The position numbers and the translations under genes were made by a program. The notes under the pieces were generated by a model that saw nothing but the letters and a program-made list of their open reading frames with translations, searched no databases and had not been told where the DNA came from. DNA of 64,000 nucleotides, from contig OZ220691.1 in assembly GCA_965116475.1 (NCBI GenBank), positions 128,001 through 192,000 of the forward strand, read 5' to 3'. This stretch comes from Gemmatimonadota bacterium (lineage in GTDB: Bacteria; Gemmatimonadota; Gemmatimonadetes; Palauibacterales; Palauibacteraceae). Positions 18,905-30,178 of this stretch are shown here, one piece after another (the stretch's first letter is position 1; each line of letters starts with the position of its first letter).

Positions 18905-20848
18905 TCACGTTTCGAGAGATCGGCTCTCGACGCGAAGGCGGATGCGGGCCATGAAGTCTTCGAGGGGGACGATCTCCTGTTTGCGCTCGGCGCCGCGGGC
19001 GCGGACGGCGACGGTGCCGGCCTCGATTTCGCGGTCGCCGACGACGAGGAGGTAGGGGACCTTCTGCAGTTCGCCGTCGCGGATGCGGTAGCCGAGCGTG
19101 TCGGAGCGGGCGTCGAGTTCGACGCGCAGCCCCTCGGCGGCGAGGCGGTCGCGGATATCCCCGGCGGCGCCGGCGTGCGCGTCCGTGATCGGGAGCACGC
19201 GCACCTGGACGGGTGCGAGCCACGGGGGGAACGCCCCGGCGAAGTGCTCGATGAGCACGCCGGTGAAGCGCTCCAGGGTGCCGAAGATGGCGCGGTGGAT
19301 CATCACGGGGCGGTGCGGCTTGTTGTCCGTCCCCATGTACTCGAGTTCGAACCGTTCCGGCAGGTTGAAGTCGAGCTGGATCGTGGCGCCCTGCCATTCG
19401 CGCCCGATTGCGTCCTTGTACTTGATGTCGATCTTCGGGCCGTAGAACGCGCCCCCGCCCTCGTCCAGTTCGTATTCGAGTCCGCCGCGCTCGAGCGCGG
19501 CGCGCAGGGCGCCCTCGGCCACATCCCACACCTCGTCGCCGCCGATCCGCTTGTCCCCGTCCGGACGCGTGGAGAGATCGAACCGGTAGTCGAGGCCCAG
19601 CGTCGTCATCACGGTGTCCACGAGTTCGAGACAGATGAAGATCTCGTCCTCGATCTGCTCCGGCGTACAGAAGACGTGGCCGTCGTCCATGGTGAGCATG
19701 CGCACGCGCAAGAGGCCGTGCAGCGTCCCCGACCGCTCGTAGCGGTACACGTTCGCGACTTCGGCCAGCCGCACCGGAAGGTCGCGGTAGCTGCGGGGGT
19801 TCGCCGCGTAGATCGTGATGTGGCCGGGACAGTTCATCGGCTTCACGCGGAACGCTTCCCCGTCCTCGTCCTCCATGCGGGGGTACATGTTCTCCGCGTA
19901 GTTCGGGAGGTGCCCGGAGCGCCGGAAAAGCGCCTCGCTGGAGACGTGCGGCGTGTAGACGAACTCGTAGCCGTGCGCCTCCTGCAGGTCCTCGATCCAG
20001 CGCCGGAGTTCGAGCTGCACGCGCGCGCCCTTGGGATGCCAGCACACGAGCCCGGGGCCGATCTCGTCCTGGATCGAGAACAGGTCCAGTTCCCTGCCGA
20101 GCTTGCGGTGATCGCGCTTGCGGGCCTCCTCGAGGCGGGCGATGTACGCATCGAGCGCTTCCGCGGAGTAGAAGGCGGTGCCGTAGATGCGCTGGAGCAT
20201 CTGCCGGCGCTCGTCGCCGCGCCAATAGGCCCCGGCGGCGTTGAGAAGGCGGAAGTGGCGGATCTCGCCCGTCCGGGGGGCGTGCGGTCCCCGGCACAGG
20301 TCGAGGAAGGGCCCGTTCCGGTAGACGGAGATCGCCTCGCCCTCGGGGATCTCTTCCAGCCGCTCCAGCTTGAGCGGGTCGTCCGCGAACAGTTCGAGGG
20401 CTTCGTCGCGCGTGACCTCGCGGCGCTCGAACGGATCGTCCGCCCCCGCGACCTCGGCCATCGTGCGCTCGATCTCCTCCAGGTCCTCCGGCGTGAAGGG
20501 CGCCGGAACCTCGAAGTCGTAGTAGAAGCCGTCCTCGATTGGAGGGCCGAAGCCGATGCCCGCGCCCGGAATCCGTTCGCGCACGGCGGTGGCGAGCGCG
20601 TGCGCCGCGGAGTGGCGGAGGACGTAGAGCGCGTCGGGGTCCTCGTCGCTGCGCGTCACGATCGCGACTTCCGCCCCGTCCGGGAGCGCGGCCGAAAGAT
20701 CCGTGAGCGCGCCGTTCACGCGCGCAGCCACCGCGGCCCGGGCCAGCCCCGGACCGATCGCCGCGGCGAGATCGGCGGCGCTCGATCCGCGCGGCAGGCG
20801 TTTCGAGGAACCGTCCGGGAGCGTGATGGAAATGTGGGAGTCGTTCAT
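18905..20848 (-). CDS. thrS: Threonine-tRNA ligase
   Basis: TGS domain, RHSAAH, DLCRGPH, KPMNCPGH, HGLLRVR, GAFYGPK. Confidence 0.98.
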   Translation of the reverse strand: MNDSHISITLPDGSSKRLPRGSSAADLAAAIGPGLARAAVAARVNGALTDLSAALPDGAEVAIVTRSDEDPDALYVLRHSAAHALATAVRERIPGAGIGFGPPIEDGFYYDFEVPAPFTPEDLEEIERTMAEVAGADDPFERREVTRDEALELFADDPLKLERLEEIPEGEAISVYRNGPFLDLCRGPHAPRTGEIRHFRLLNAAGAYWRGDERRQMLQRIYGTAFYSAEALDAYIARLEEARKRDHRKLGRELDLFSIQDEIGPGLVCWHPKGARVQLELRRWIEDLQEAHGYEFVYTPHVSSEALFRRSGHLPNYAENMYPRMEDEDGEAFRVKPMNCPGHITIYAANPRSYRDLPVRLAEVANVYRYERSGTLHGLLRVRMLTMDDGHVFCTPEQIEDEIFICLELVDTVMTTLGLDYRFDLSTRPDGDKRIGGDEVWDVAEGALRAALERGGLEYELDEGGGAFYGPKIDIKYKDAIGREWQGATIQLDFNLPERFELEYMGTDNKPHRPVMIHRAIFGTLERFTGVLIEHFAGAFPPWLAPVQVRVLPITDAHAGAAGDIRDRLAAEGLRVELDARSDTLGYRIRDGELQKVPYLLVVGDREIEAGTVAVRARGAERKQEIVPLEDFMARIRLRVESRSLET

Positions 20849-20930
20849 CGGCTTACCCGTCGATGCACGATTGGGCTGGATTCTCGGTGGACGCGGAAGC
20901 TAGGCCCGGGTGCGCGGATCGCCAAACGGA

Positions 20931-22798
20931 TCAACGTGTGCGCACGACGACGATGCGCGCCTCCGCGCCGTTGGGAACGTTGCCGCCGGAGGCGACGGTC
21001 GTCTCGACGATCATCGCGGGGTGGGCCCCCGCCGCGCGCAGGAGGTAGTAGCGGGCCGTCGTGGAGCCGAGATCGAACTCGTCGGTCGACGATACGCCGG
21101 CACCCATCTGGATGATCCGGCGCCGCAGCGGATCGACCCGCGCAATCCCCTGACCCCGGCATTTTGCAGTTCCTCCCACAGCCGCGGCCAGTTCCATGTC
21201 GAGAGCTGGACCCCGCCCGGGAGCGCCGCGTTTGCATCATCCGCGGCCGGAACCGCGAAGTACTCGGCCAGGATGTCGCCCCAGGTCGTCGTCTCGCCCC
21301 CGACGACCTCCGCGGCGCGGAGAAAGTTCTCGTATCCGAACAGGAAGTCGGGGCCTCCCGCCGCAAGTTCGCGGTAGAGGGCCGCCTCGCCCGACCCCGC
21401 CACGATCCCGGCCGGTCCGGCCGGTCCGTAGCGGTCGCCGAACCAGCGCACGAAGAGATATCCCCAGCCGCGCGTCGCGAAGTCGAGCGTGCTGTTGTCC
21501 AGCGCCAGCGGGTTGAAATCGGTGGGTGCGGACAGATAGGCGTGGGCATTCTCCAGATTCCCCTCGAAGAAGTCCCGGAACGCGACAAGATCGGGATCGC
21601 CCGCGATGATCTCCGTGTACCCATAGTTCCGCCGCACTCCCAGCCCCTGCCGATAGAATCCTGTGACTTCCTCTGCGACGTGCGAGAGGCCTTCGTTGAC
21701 CCAGAGGTCGGCGTTCCCCCACGTGTCCCGGCCGCGTTGTCCGCCCAGGCGCTGCGAGGCGTTGAGGAGGTGCTGGTATTCGTGCGCGACCAGACTGCGG
21801 GCGACGCGCTTCACGAAGTCCGCACTGATCTCGATACCGAACTCGGCATCCGGGTCCGGACCGATGAGCCAGACGATTTCCGCCTCGTTGCTCGCCGGAC
21901 AGTCCTCGCGGTCGAAGAGGTTCCCGATCCAGTGGAAGCCGATAACGACGCGCCCGCTCTCTGGCTCGCTGATACGGTTCACCTCGCCCGTGAAGAAGAC
22001 GATCACGCGCTGGTTGCCGTCCAGATCGTCCGGCTCGCCGAAATACTCGTGGCTCACCGGGGCAATGAATTCATCGAGTTCCCGGTCGAGGCCGGCATAG
22101 TCCTCTTCCGTGAAGCGGCCGGCCAGTCGATTGTCCTCGACGATGATGAAGTGCTCGCCCACCGTCCGCACCGTCGACGCGATCGGCGTGTTGGCGGTGC
22201 ACTGGACACCTCCTCCGGGCACGACGGCGGATTTGATGGTGAGCGGGTCGCCCACCCGCGGCACGTCGGAGGCGGCCGCCGCGAGCCCCCGCGAGGCTCG
22301 ATCGATTCTCCCGGCGGGGCGGGCGCGGAGGCGGCGCAACTCGAGTTCCGTCGCGATCATCTGCCGCAGGTGCCAGTCCCTGTCGGGGCGCGGGTCGCCG
22401 GAGAGGCCGCCAAGGCCGCGAGGCGGCTGGATCACGCCATCCCTGCCGGTGCGACTCGTCCGCACGTTGGGGACGAGGCTCGGGCTCACGTCCTCCGCCC
22501 GGGCTCTGACGCGCAGGGGGGTCGTACGTCCCTCCGTGAGCGACGCGCTCATCACGATGACCTGATACTCGCGCCGCTCCGACGCCCCTTGAATCTCAAA
22601 CGCCCGGATCGCGTCGCGTTCGGTGAGTACGCGGACCTCCCCCGGCCGCAAGTTGAGCGTGGCGCCGATCGCCGGACCGGGAGGCGGGGGCGGCGGACCG
22701 GGAGGCGGGGGCGATGTGGGTCCCCCGTCGCCGCCGCAGGCCCCGACCGCCGCCACCGAGACCATGGCGAGGAGGAGTCCCCGTGCGGAGCGGAGCAT
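20931..22798 (-). pseudogene. Lipoprotein gluzincin metallopeptidase paralog 3, with a one-base deletion near 21135 (pseudogene or sequence error)
   Basis: Lipobox AVGA-C, HEYQH...NEGLSH. The paralog-like C-terminus (PLRRR...ARIVVVRTR-stop at 20931) is in a different frame; span is 3n+2. Confidence 0.75.
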
Positions 22799-24732
22799 CA
22801 GCGCGTCCTCAGCACGGTGACCTGCGCCTGCGCCCGTCCGGGGAGGTTCGCGCCGGCCGGGTCCATGACCTCCACGACCAGGCCGGGCGTCGCGCCCGAA
22901 CTCACGAGCGAGAAGTAGCGCCCCGTGGAGGAGTTCACGGTGAACTCGGTCGAGCTGTTCGTCGACACATGCACGTTCACCCTCGAGGGCGTGAGCGGGA
23001 ACGCGCGCGTGAACGGGCAGCGGTCTCCAAGATTGGAATCGCTCAACTGTCGGAACAGCGCCGCGAGATTCCAGGTCTTCCACTGCGTCCGGGGATCCGC
23101 GTCGGCGGACACGCGGTCGTCCGCGATGAGGGAGGTGAAGTACAGCGAGAGCAGTGCCTCCCATTCCATCTCCACTCCGGCGACGGTCCGGAGCGTGCGC
23201 TCCACGTTGGTGACGCCCTTGAAGTGCGCGGGCCCGCCCGAAGCCAGGTGCCGGAACAGTTCCTCCTCCCGGCTCCCGGGCAGCGCTCCCCCGCTGCCGG
23301 ACGCCCCGAACTGGTCGCCGAGCCAGCGCACGAACCCGTACGCGAAGCCACGGAATGAGAGGGACTCCACGCCGCCCGGATCCTCGCCGGACGCGTCGCC
23401 GAGCGCCGGGGCCGCCGCGGGACCGTTGGGATCCGGCGGACAGCCGCCCCGCAGGAAGCGGCCGAGGCGAATCTGGTTCAGGACGTGAAAGTGATTGTAG
23501 GCGGCGAGCTGTTCGTCGCTGGTCGTGATCATGTCGAGATCGAGGTTGGCCCTCGTCCCGAGCCCCGCGGCCCGGAGGCCGGCGATCTCCTCGGCAAGGT
23601 GCGCCATCCCCTCATCGAGCCACGCGACCTCCCGATCGCCGAAGATGTTCCCGCCCCCGAGCGTGACGCGCTGCTGGGTGTTGAGCAGGTGGGCGAACTC
23701 GTGCGCGACCGTCGACCGCGCGAGCCTGTTCCCGAAGTCACGGTCGATTTCTGCGCCGAAATCCTCGTCGGGATCCAGGCCCACGAGATAGAAGATCTCT
23801 CCTTCGTTGGAGGCCTCGCAACTCGATCTTGTCGTGAGATCGCGCGCCAGGAAGAAACCGGCCACGACGCTCTCCTCGCCGGCCGGCGTGAGCTTGTTCA
23901 CTTCGGCCGTGATGAGAGCGAACACGGTCCCGTTGTTGTCGATGTCCGCGGGTTCGCCGAAGTAGGCGACGTCCATCGGATACACGACTTCGTCGAGTTG
24001 CCGGCCGAGCGCCTCGAACTCGGCCTCCGAGAACCGTTCGTCGTCGGGCTGGCTGTGGAACTGGAGGTCTTCCACGATGGTGAAGTGCTCTCCCGCGTAC
24101 CTGACTTCGCCCATGACGGTCGTCGGGTTGCGGCAGTTCACGACCAGGTTCGCGCCCACGCCGACTCTGAAGGAGAGGGTGTCTCCGAGGTCCGGCGGCC
24201 GCAGGGCATCGGCCAGGTCCAGCCGATCGAGCCCTGGCGTTCGAGACCGTATGGGCTGCGCGCCGACCGCGGCGAGTTCCTGCAGATCCCGCTCCCGAAG
24301 GACGCGTTCGCGGGTGAACCAGGACTCCCGGCGACGAAGGTCGCGGCTCAGTACTCCTCCCGGAGCGAGACGGGGGGGCTGGGACGGGGTCACGTGCCCG
24401 GAGGCGCGCTCGGCGCGGACCCGTATGCAGCCGTCCACGCTCTGGCCGGGCGCCTGGGAAGCGTTCTGCACGATGACCTCGTAGTCGCGGGGGCCCTCCG
24501 AACCCGCCAGCCTGAAGGCGCGCACATCGCCGGCGTTGTCCAGCGTGACGTGCTGGCCGAGGGTCAGGTCGAGCGTGACGGACACGGACGGCGTGGCCGT
24601 CCCCCCGCACCCCGTGGCGAGCGGCGGAGGCGGCGGATCCGTTGGGCCGCCGCCGCAGGCCGCGAGGGCGAGACCGGAGATCGCGACGCCCGGACGCGGC
24701 AGCCTGCCGCACCACTTCAGCGCGCTCAGCAT
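22798..24732 (-). CDS. Lipoprotein gluzincin (M30-like) metallopeptidase paralog 2
   Basis: Lipobox LAA-C, Pro-rich linker, DIDNNG, HEFAH...DEGMAH, ends VTVLRTR. Confidence 0.8.
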   Translation of the reverse strand: MLSALKWCGRLPRPGVAISGLALAACGGGPTDPPPPPLATGCGGTATPSVSVTLDLTLGQHVTLDNAGDVRAFRLAGSEGPRDYEVIVQNASQAPGQSVDGCIRVRAERASGHVTPSQPPRLAPGGVLSRDLRRRESWFTRERVLRERDLQELAAVGAQPIRSRTPGLDRLDLADALRPPDLGDTLSFRVGVGANLVVNCRNPTTVMGEVRYAGEHFTIVEDLQFHSQPDDERFSEAEFEALGRQLDEVVYPMDVAYFGEPADIDNNGTVFALITAEVNKLTPAGEESVVAGFFLARDLTTRSSCEASNEGEIFYLVGLDPDEDFGAEIDRDFGNRLARSTVAHEFAHLLNTQQRVTLGGGNIFGDREVAWLDEGMAHLAEEIAGLRAAGLGTRANLDLDMITTSDEQLAAYNHFHVLNQIRLGRFLRGGCPPDPNGPAAAPALGDASGEDPGGVESLSFRGFAYGFVRWLGDQFGASGSGGALPGSREEELFRHLASGGPAHFKGVTNVERTLRTVAGVEMEWEALLSLYFTSLIADDRVSADADPRTQWKTWNLAALFRQLSDSNLGDRCPFTRAFPLTPSRVNVHVSTNSSTEFTVNSSTGRYFSLVSSGATPGLVVEVMDPAGANLPGRAQAQVTVLRTR

Positions 24733-24909
24733 GCGTGTCTCACAGTCGATCTCCCTGGCACGATCCATGCGACCGCCGGCTTTCCCGGCACGCCGCCGCG
24801 AGCGCCCCGCTGCGTTCGAGGAGCGCCTTCCGGCGGCCAAGATACCCGCCCTTCACGATCCGTGCCCGGGGAGGCGGGCACCCCCCCCGCCTTTCCGGCC
24901 GCCGGGACA

Positions 24910-26805
24910 TCAACGAGTCCGGAGCACGACGATGCGGACGGCTTCGGAACGAGGGACGGGAAGCCCGGCCTGCGTCGTGAGCCTCAGACGGATCTCCGGA
25001 TGCGGCCCCTCGCTCGCGAGCCGAAAATAATATCCCGTCGAAGCGGCGAGTTCGAAGTCGATCCGGGCGTCCGTCCCGCCGGCGAGCGGAATGTCCATCG
25101 CCTCGAGCGGGAAGGCGCGCGTGAAGGGAGCCCGTCCGTCCAGTTCCCGGTGCAGGGCGGCGAACACGTCGCGGAGGTGGAAGGTCTCCACCTGCGTCGA
25201 GGCGGGAGCGCCGGGCACGTCGTCCGTGATCGGCGCGAGCGCCCACGCCGCGAGCAGGTCATCCCACGTGCCCGGCCCGCCGAGCGCCGCCGCGACCCGC
25301 TCGACGTTCTTAACGCCGCGCGCGCGGGCCTCCCCCCCTCCCGCGAGGTCGTGAAAGATGGCCTCCTCCGCGGCGCCGCCGAGCCGTCCGCCGCCCTCCG
25401 TCGCGTACTGGTCGGCGAGCCAGCGCAGGAAGAGCCACCCGAAGCCTCGCATCGCGAGCGAGGAGATGCCTGCGGGGTCCCGCGCATAGGCGTCGCCCAG
25501 GGCGGGGGTCCGGTGCGGGCCGAGCAGGTAGAACGCGGAGCGGCGGAAGTTCGGGAAGTGGTAGGTCTCGAAGTGGCTCGAGTGGGCGAAGAGTTCCGAG
25601 AAGCCGTAGTTGCGCCCGGGGCTCAGGGACGCCCCCGACATGCCGACGAACGTCTCCGCCGAATGCGCCAACGCCTCGCTCAGCCACGTTTCTTCGAGGG
25701 AGGCGAACGCGCCCCCGCCGAGCACGGTTCGGCGCTCGGCCGAAATGAGGTGCGCCAGCTCGTGCGCGGCCACGCCGATCGCGCCGGTCGTCGGGAAATC
25801 CGCGGGTACGCGCTTCGAGAACCGACCATCGGGGTCGGCCGCGAGGAGGTAGAGGATCTCGCCGCCGTTGGACGCCGGGCAGTGTTCGGGATCGGCCAGG
25901 TCGGCCGGATTGAAGAACCCGAGGATCCGGGTGTCGCTGTCGCGAGGCGTGGTGCGGTTCACGACGGGCGTGAACAGGACCCATACGACGCCGTTTCCGT
26001 CGATATCCGCCGGCTCGCCGAAATAGGTCGAGAGCACCGGGAAGACGGACCTCTCGAGCGATCCGAGGACGGCCTCGTAGCCCACGCCGGGCACGACGCC
26101 GGCCCCGTCGAGATCCTCCACGACCGCGAAGTTCGGGCCCACCGCGCGGACGACGGCGGTCACGTCGTGGATCCCATCGCAATCCACGTCGAGATTCGGA
26201 TGCACCGCGTTGCTGAAGGTCACCGTGTCGCCGGCGGAGGGGGGCGCCGGGGCGGCGGGCGCCGCGTTCGCGCGCACCATGCCCGGGTTCGGCGCCGCCG
26301 CGGGCGCCGTGCGGAGCGGACGTGCTCCCCGCACGGCGCGGCGGGCATTCGTCCGGAAGGTGAGTTCGGCCCGCGACGCCGCCTCGAGGCCGGATCTGTC
26401 GTCCGCGAAGCCAAACGCGTCGGCCGGCAGCGCCCGCGCCGGAGCGACGACCGGCGGGACCCGCGCGGCCGTCACTCGCCCCGCCTGCGCATCGAGCCTG
26501 AGAGCGGTCGTCGCCCCCGGCTGGCGCAGGGCGCTCTGCACGACGAGCAGATACCGCGCCGCGGCGTTGCCCGCCCCGATCTCCATGACCTGCACGCCCG
26601 CCGCCGGCAGCACGCACATCTCCCCGGCCGCGAGCGACAGCGTGACGCGGGTGGCGCCGCGCCCTGCGACGGCGGGACAGAGACCCTCGCCGGGGCCCGT
26701 CGCGTCCGCGCAGGCCAGCGGCGCCAGGACGGCGAGCCACGGCGCCGCGCGTGCGACTCGGGCGCGTGGCGCCGGAAGTCGGGAACGGGATCCGGGCAAA
26801 CGCAT
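24910..26805 (-). CDS. Lipoprotein gluzincin (M30-like) metallopeptidase paralog 1
   Basis: Lipobox-like PLA-C, DIDGNG, HELAH...SEALAH, ends IVVLRTR. Confidence 0.8.
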   Translation of the reverse strand: MRLPGSRSRLPAPRARVARAAPWLAVLAPLACADATGPGEGLCPAVAGRGATRVTLSLAAGEMCVLPAAGVQVMEIGAGNAAARYLLVVQSALRQPGATTALRLDAQAGRVTAARVPPVVAPARALPADAFGFADDRSGLEAASRAELTFRTNARRAVRGARPLRTAPAAAPNPGMVRANAAPAAPAPPSAGDTVTFSNAVHPNLDVDCDGIHDVTAVVRAVGPNFAVVEDLDGAGVVPGVGYEAVLGSLERSVFPVLSTYFGEPADIDGNGVVWVLFTPVVNRTTPRDSDTRILGFFNPADLADPEHCPASNGGEILYLLAADPDGRFSKRVPADFPTTGAIGVAAHELAHLISAERRTVLGGGAFASLEETWLSEALAHSAETFVGMSGASLSPGRNYGFSELFAHSSHFETYHFPNFRRSAFYLLGPHRTPALGDAYARDPAGISSLAMRGFGWLFLRWLADQYATEGGGRLGGAAEEAIFHDLAGGGEARARGVKNVERVAAALGGPGTWDDLLAAWALAPITDDVPGAPASTQVETFHLRDVFAALHRELDGRAPFTRAFPLEAMDIPLAGGTDARIDFELAASTGYYFRLASEGPHPEIRLRLTTQAGLPVPRSEAVRIVVLRTR

Positions 26806-26837
26806 CGCACGACACTAACCGCGGGAGGCAGATGCGC

Positions 26838-26863
26838 GAAGGCCCGGCCGAAGCCGGGCCTTT
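26838..26863 (-). terminator. Hairpin terminator downstream of groL
   Basis: AAGGCCCGGC-TTCG-GCCGGGCCTT stem with a UUCG loop on the minus strand; weak U tail. Confidence 0.65.
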
Positions 26864-26929
26864 CGTGCAACGCCTGACGGCGGGGGGACGGTGCTTCGTC
26901 CCGACCATCCCCCGCGGTGGGCACCCGGC

Positions 26930-28591
<1,662 letters not shown>

Positions 28592-28644
28592 TCATTCGGG
28601 CGCATCAGTCAACGGGTTTGACCCGCCGTCTCCCGCTTCAGCGG

Positions 28645-28953
28645 CTAGAGGACGGCCAGAACGTCGCTTTCCTTCACGATCAGGTAGTCATCGCCATCCA
28701 GCGAAACCTCGGTCCCGGCGTACTTGCCGTAGAGCACCCGGTCTCCGGTCTTGACTTCCATCGGGATGCGGTCGCCGTCGTCGTTCATGCGGCCGGGGCC
28801 GACGGCGACGATGGTACCCTGCTGCGGCTTCTCCTTCGCGGTGTCCGGAATGTACAGACCCCCGCGCATCTCCTCGGTCTCCTCGAGCGGTGCGATGACG
28901 ACTCGGTCGGCCATGGGGGAGATGTTCAGTTTCGTGTTCGAGGCGGTTGCCAT
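28645..28953 (-). CDS. groS: Co-chaperonin GroES
   Basis: PMADRV, GGLYIPDTAKEKPQQG, AVGPG. Confidence 0.99.
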   Translation of the reverse strand: MATASNTKLNISPMADRVVIAPLEETEEMRGGLYIPDTAKEKPQQGTIVAVGPGRMNDDGDRIPMEVKTGDRVLYGKYAGTEVSLDGDDYLIVKESDVLAVL

Positions 28954-29026
28954 CTTGCCTGTCCCTCCTTGGACCTTCGGTATTGGGTGATCCTTCCGAT
29001 GAAAGCCGCGAGGGACCCCGCGGCTG

Positions 29027-29053
29027 TTAGCACTCTGACACAGCGAGTGCTAA
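29027..29053. promoter_or_regulatory. CIRCE element (HrcA operator)
   Basis: Perfect TTAGCACTC-N9-GAGTGCTAA upstream of groS. Confidence 0.97.
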
Positions 29054-29062
29054 GGCGAGCCG

Positions 29063-29091
29063 AAGATATGCGGCTGCGCGGTTTCGATCAA
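29063..29091 (-). promoter_or_regulatory. Sigma70-type groESL promoter (TTGATC-N17-TATCTT)
   Basis: Consensus-like hexamers with a 17-nt spacer just upstream of CIRCE. Confidence 0.65.
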
Positions 29092-29159
29092 GGGGGCGCG
29101 GGGGTTATGAAACCCGCCCTGTACACCTATCGTAGGAGCGGGCCAGAAAGGAGGTCGAC

Positions 29160-29378
29160 ATGTTTCGTGCAGCCGTAGTGCTTGTGGCCGCCGGCGCGGT
29201 GGGTCTGTGGGTGACGGGAATCCTCTTCTCCGTCGTCCTGCCCCTCGTGTGGCTGGTGGCAAAGGTCGCGATCTTCGTGGCGGTGTTCTACCTGGTCGTG
29301 CGGATGATCAATCCGGAGTTCGCGAACAAGATGAAGGAGAAGTGCTGCGGAAGCGCCGCCTTCTTCCGCGGGTCCTGA
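29160..29378 (+). CDS. Small hypothetical membrane protein (72 aa)
   Basis: Strong AAGGAGGT RBS, two hydrophobic segments, high-GC3 codon use. Confidence 0.75.
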   Translation: MFRAAVVLVAAGAVGLWVTGILFSVVLPLVWLVAKVAIFVAVFYLVVRMINPEFANKMKEKCCGSAAFFRGS

Positions 29379-29394
29379 CGCAGGCGTCGCGCCG

Positions 29395-30174
29395 CTAGCC
29401 GTCGGTGGCGGCCGGCGCTCCGAACAGATACCGGTCCGCGATCGCGAGGCCGGTGATCGTGAGCGCCGGTTCGATGCGGTCGACGGTGCGGCAGTGCGGT
29501 CCCACGACCCGCGCGAGTCCGCCCGTCGCGACGACGAGCGGCTCGCGCTCCCATTCCTCTACGATCCGCCGCACGATGCCGTCGATCCCCTCCACCACCG
29601 AGTAGAAGCCGCCGCTTCGCAGGCAGTCCTTCGTATTGCGGCCGATGACCCGGGTCGGTTTCTCCACGTGGATCTGAGGTAGTTGCGCCGTCGCGCGCGC
29701 GAGCTGATCCGTGCCCGCCGTGGGCCCGGGCGCGATGACGCCGCCCACGAAGATGCCATCGGCCGTGATGCAGTCGAAGGTCGTCGCCGTGCCGAGATCC
29801 ACGACCACCGTGTCGCGGCGGTAGAGCTCCGCCGCGGCGAGCGTGTTCGCGATGCGGTCGGCGCCGACTTCGAGAGGGTGGTCGACATCCAGCCGGACCG
29901 GGATGGGAGAGCCGCCGTTGAGGAAGCACAGCGGGGCGTCGAGCGTCCTCCCCACCGCGAGCCAGACCCGGTGCAGGACCGGCACGACGGAGGCGACGAC
30001 GATCCGCTCCGGAGCCGGCAGTTCCCGTGCACCGAGGAGACCCCGGATCTGGAGTCCGATCTCGTCCGCCGTACGGCGGCGGTCCGTGGCGATCCGCCAC
30101 GTGTGCACGGGGGTGAGATCCTCGAACCACCCGAGGACGGATTCGGTGTTCCCGATGTCTACGGTGAGGAGCAT
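29395..30174 (-). CDS. coaX: Type III pantothenate kinase
   Basis: VDIGNT, VGADR, VVDLGTATTFD, ATGG. Confidence 0.95.
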   Translation of the reverse strand: MLLTVDIGNTESVLGWFEDLTPVHTWRIATDRRRTADEIGLQIRGLLGARELPAPERIVVASVVPVLHRVWLAVGRTLDAPLCFLNGGSPIPVRLDVDHPLEVGADRIANTLAAAELYRRDTVVVDLGTATTFDCITADGIFVGGVIAPGPTAGTDQLARATAQLPQIHVEKPTRVIGRNTKDCLRSGGFYSVVEGIDGIVRRIVEEWEREPLVVATGGLARVVGPHCRTVDRIEPALTITGLAIADRYLFGAPAATDG

Positions 30175-30178
30175 GAGA

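Noticed and set aside
23485..26877. Long plus-strand ORFs antisense to real genes (also 26891-28621, 45273-48092 and many others)
   Set aside because: Typical of high-GC DNA; Arg/Pro/Gly-rich with no motifs, opposite well-supported genes.
29063..29096. Sigma32-type promoter (CCCTTGA...CCGCATAT) for groESL
   Set aside because: The same bases fit a sigma70 promoter with ideal 17-nt spacing, the usual partner of CIRCE.
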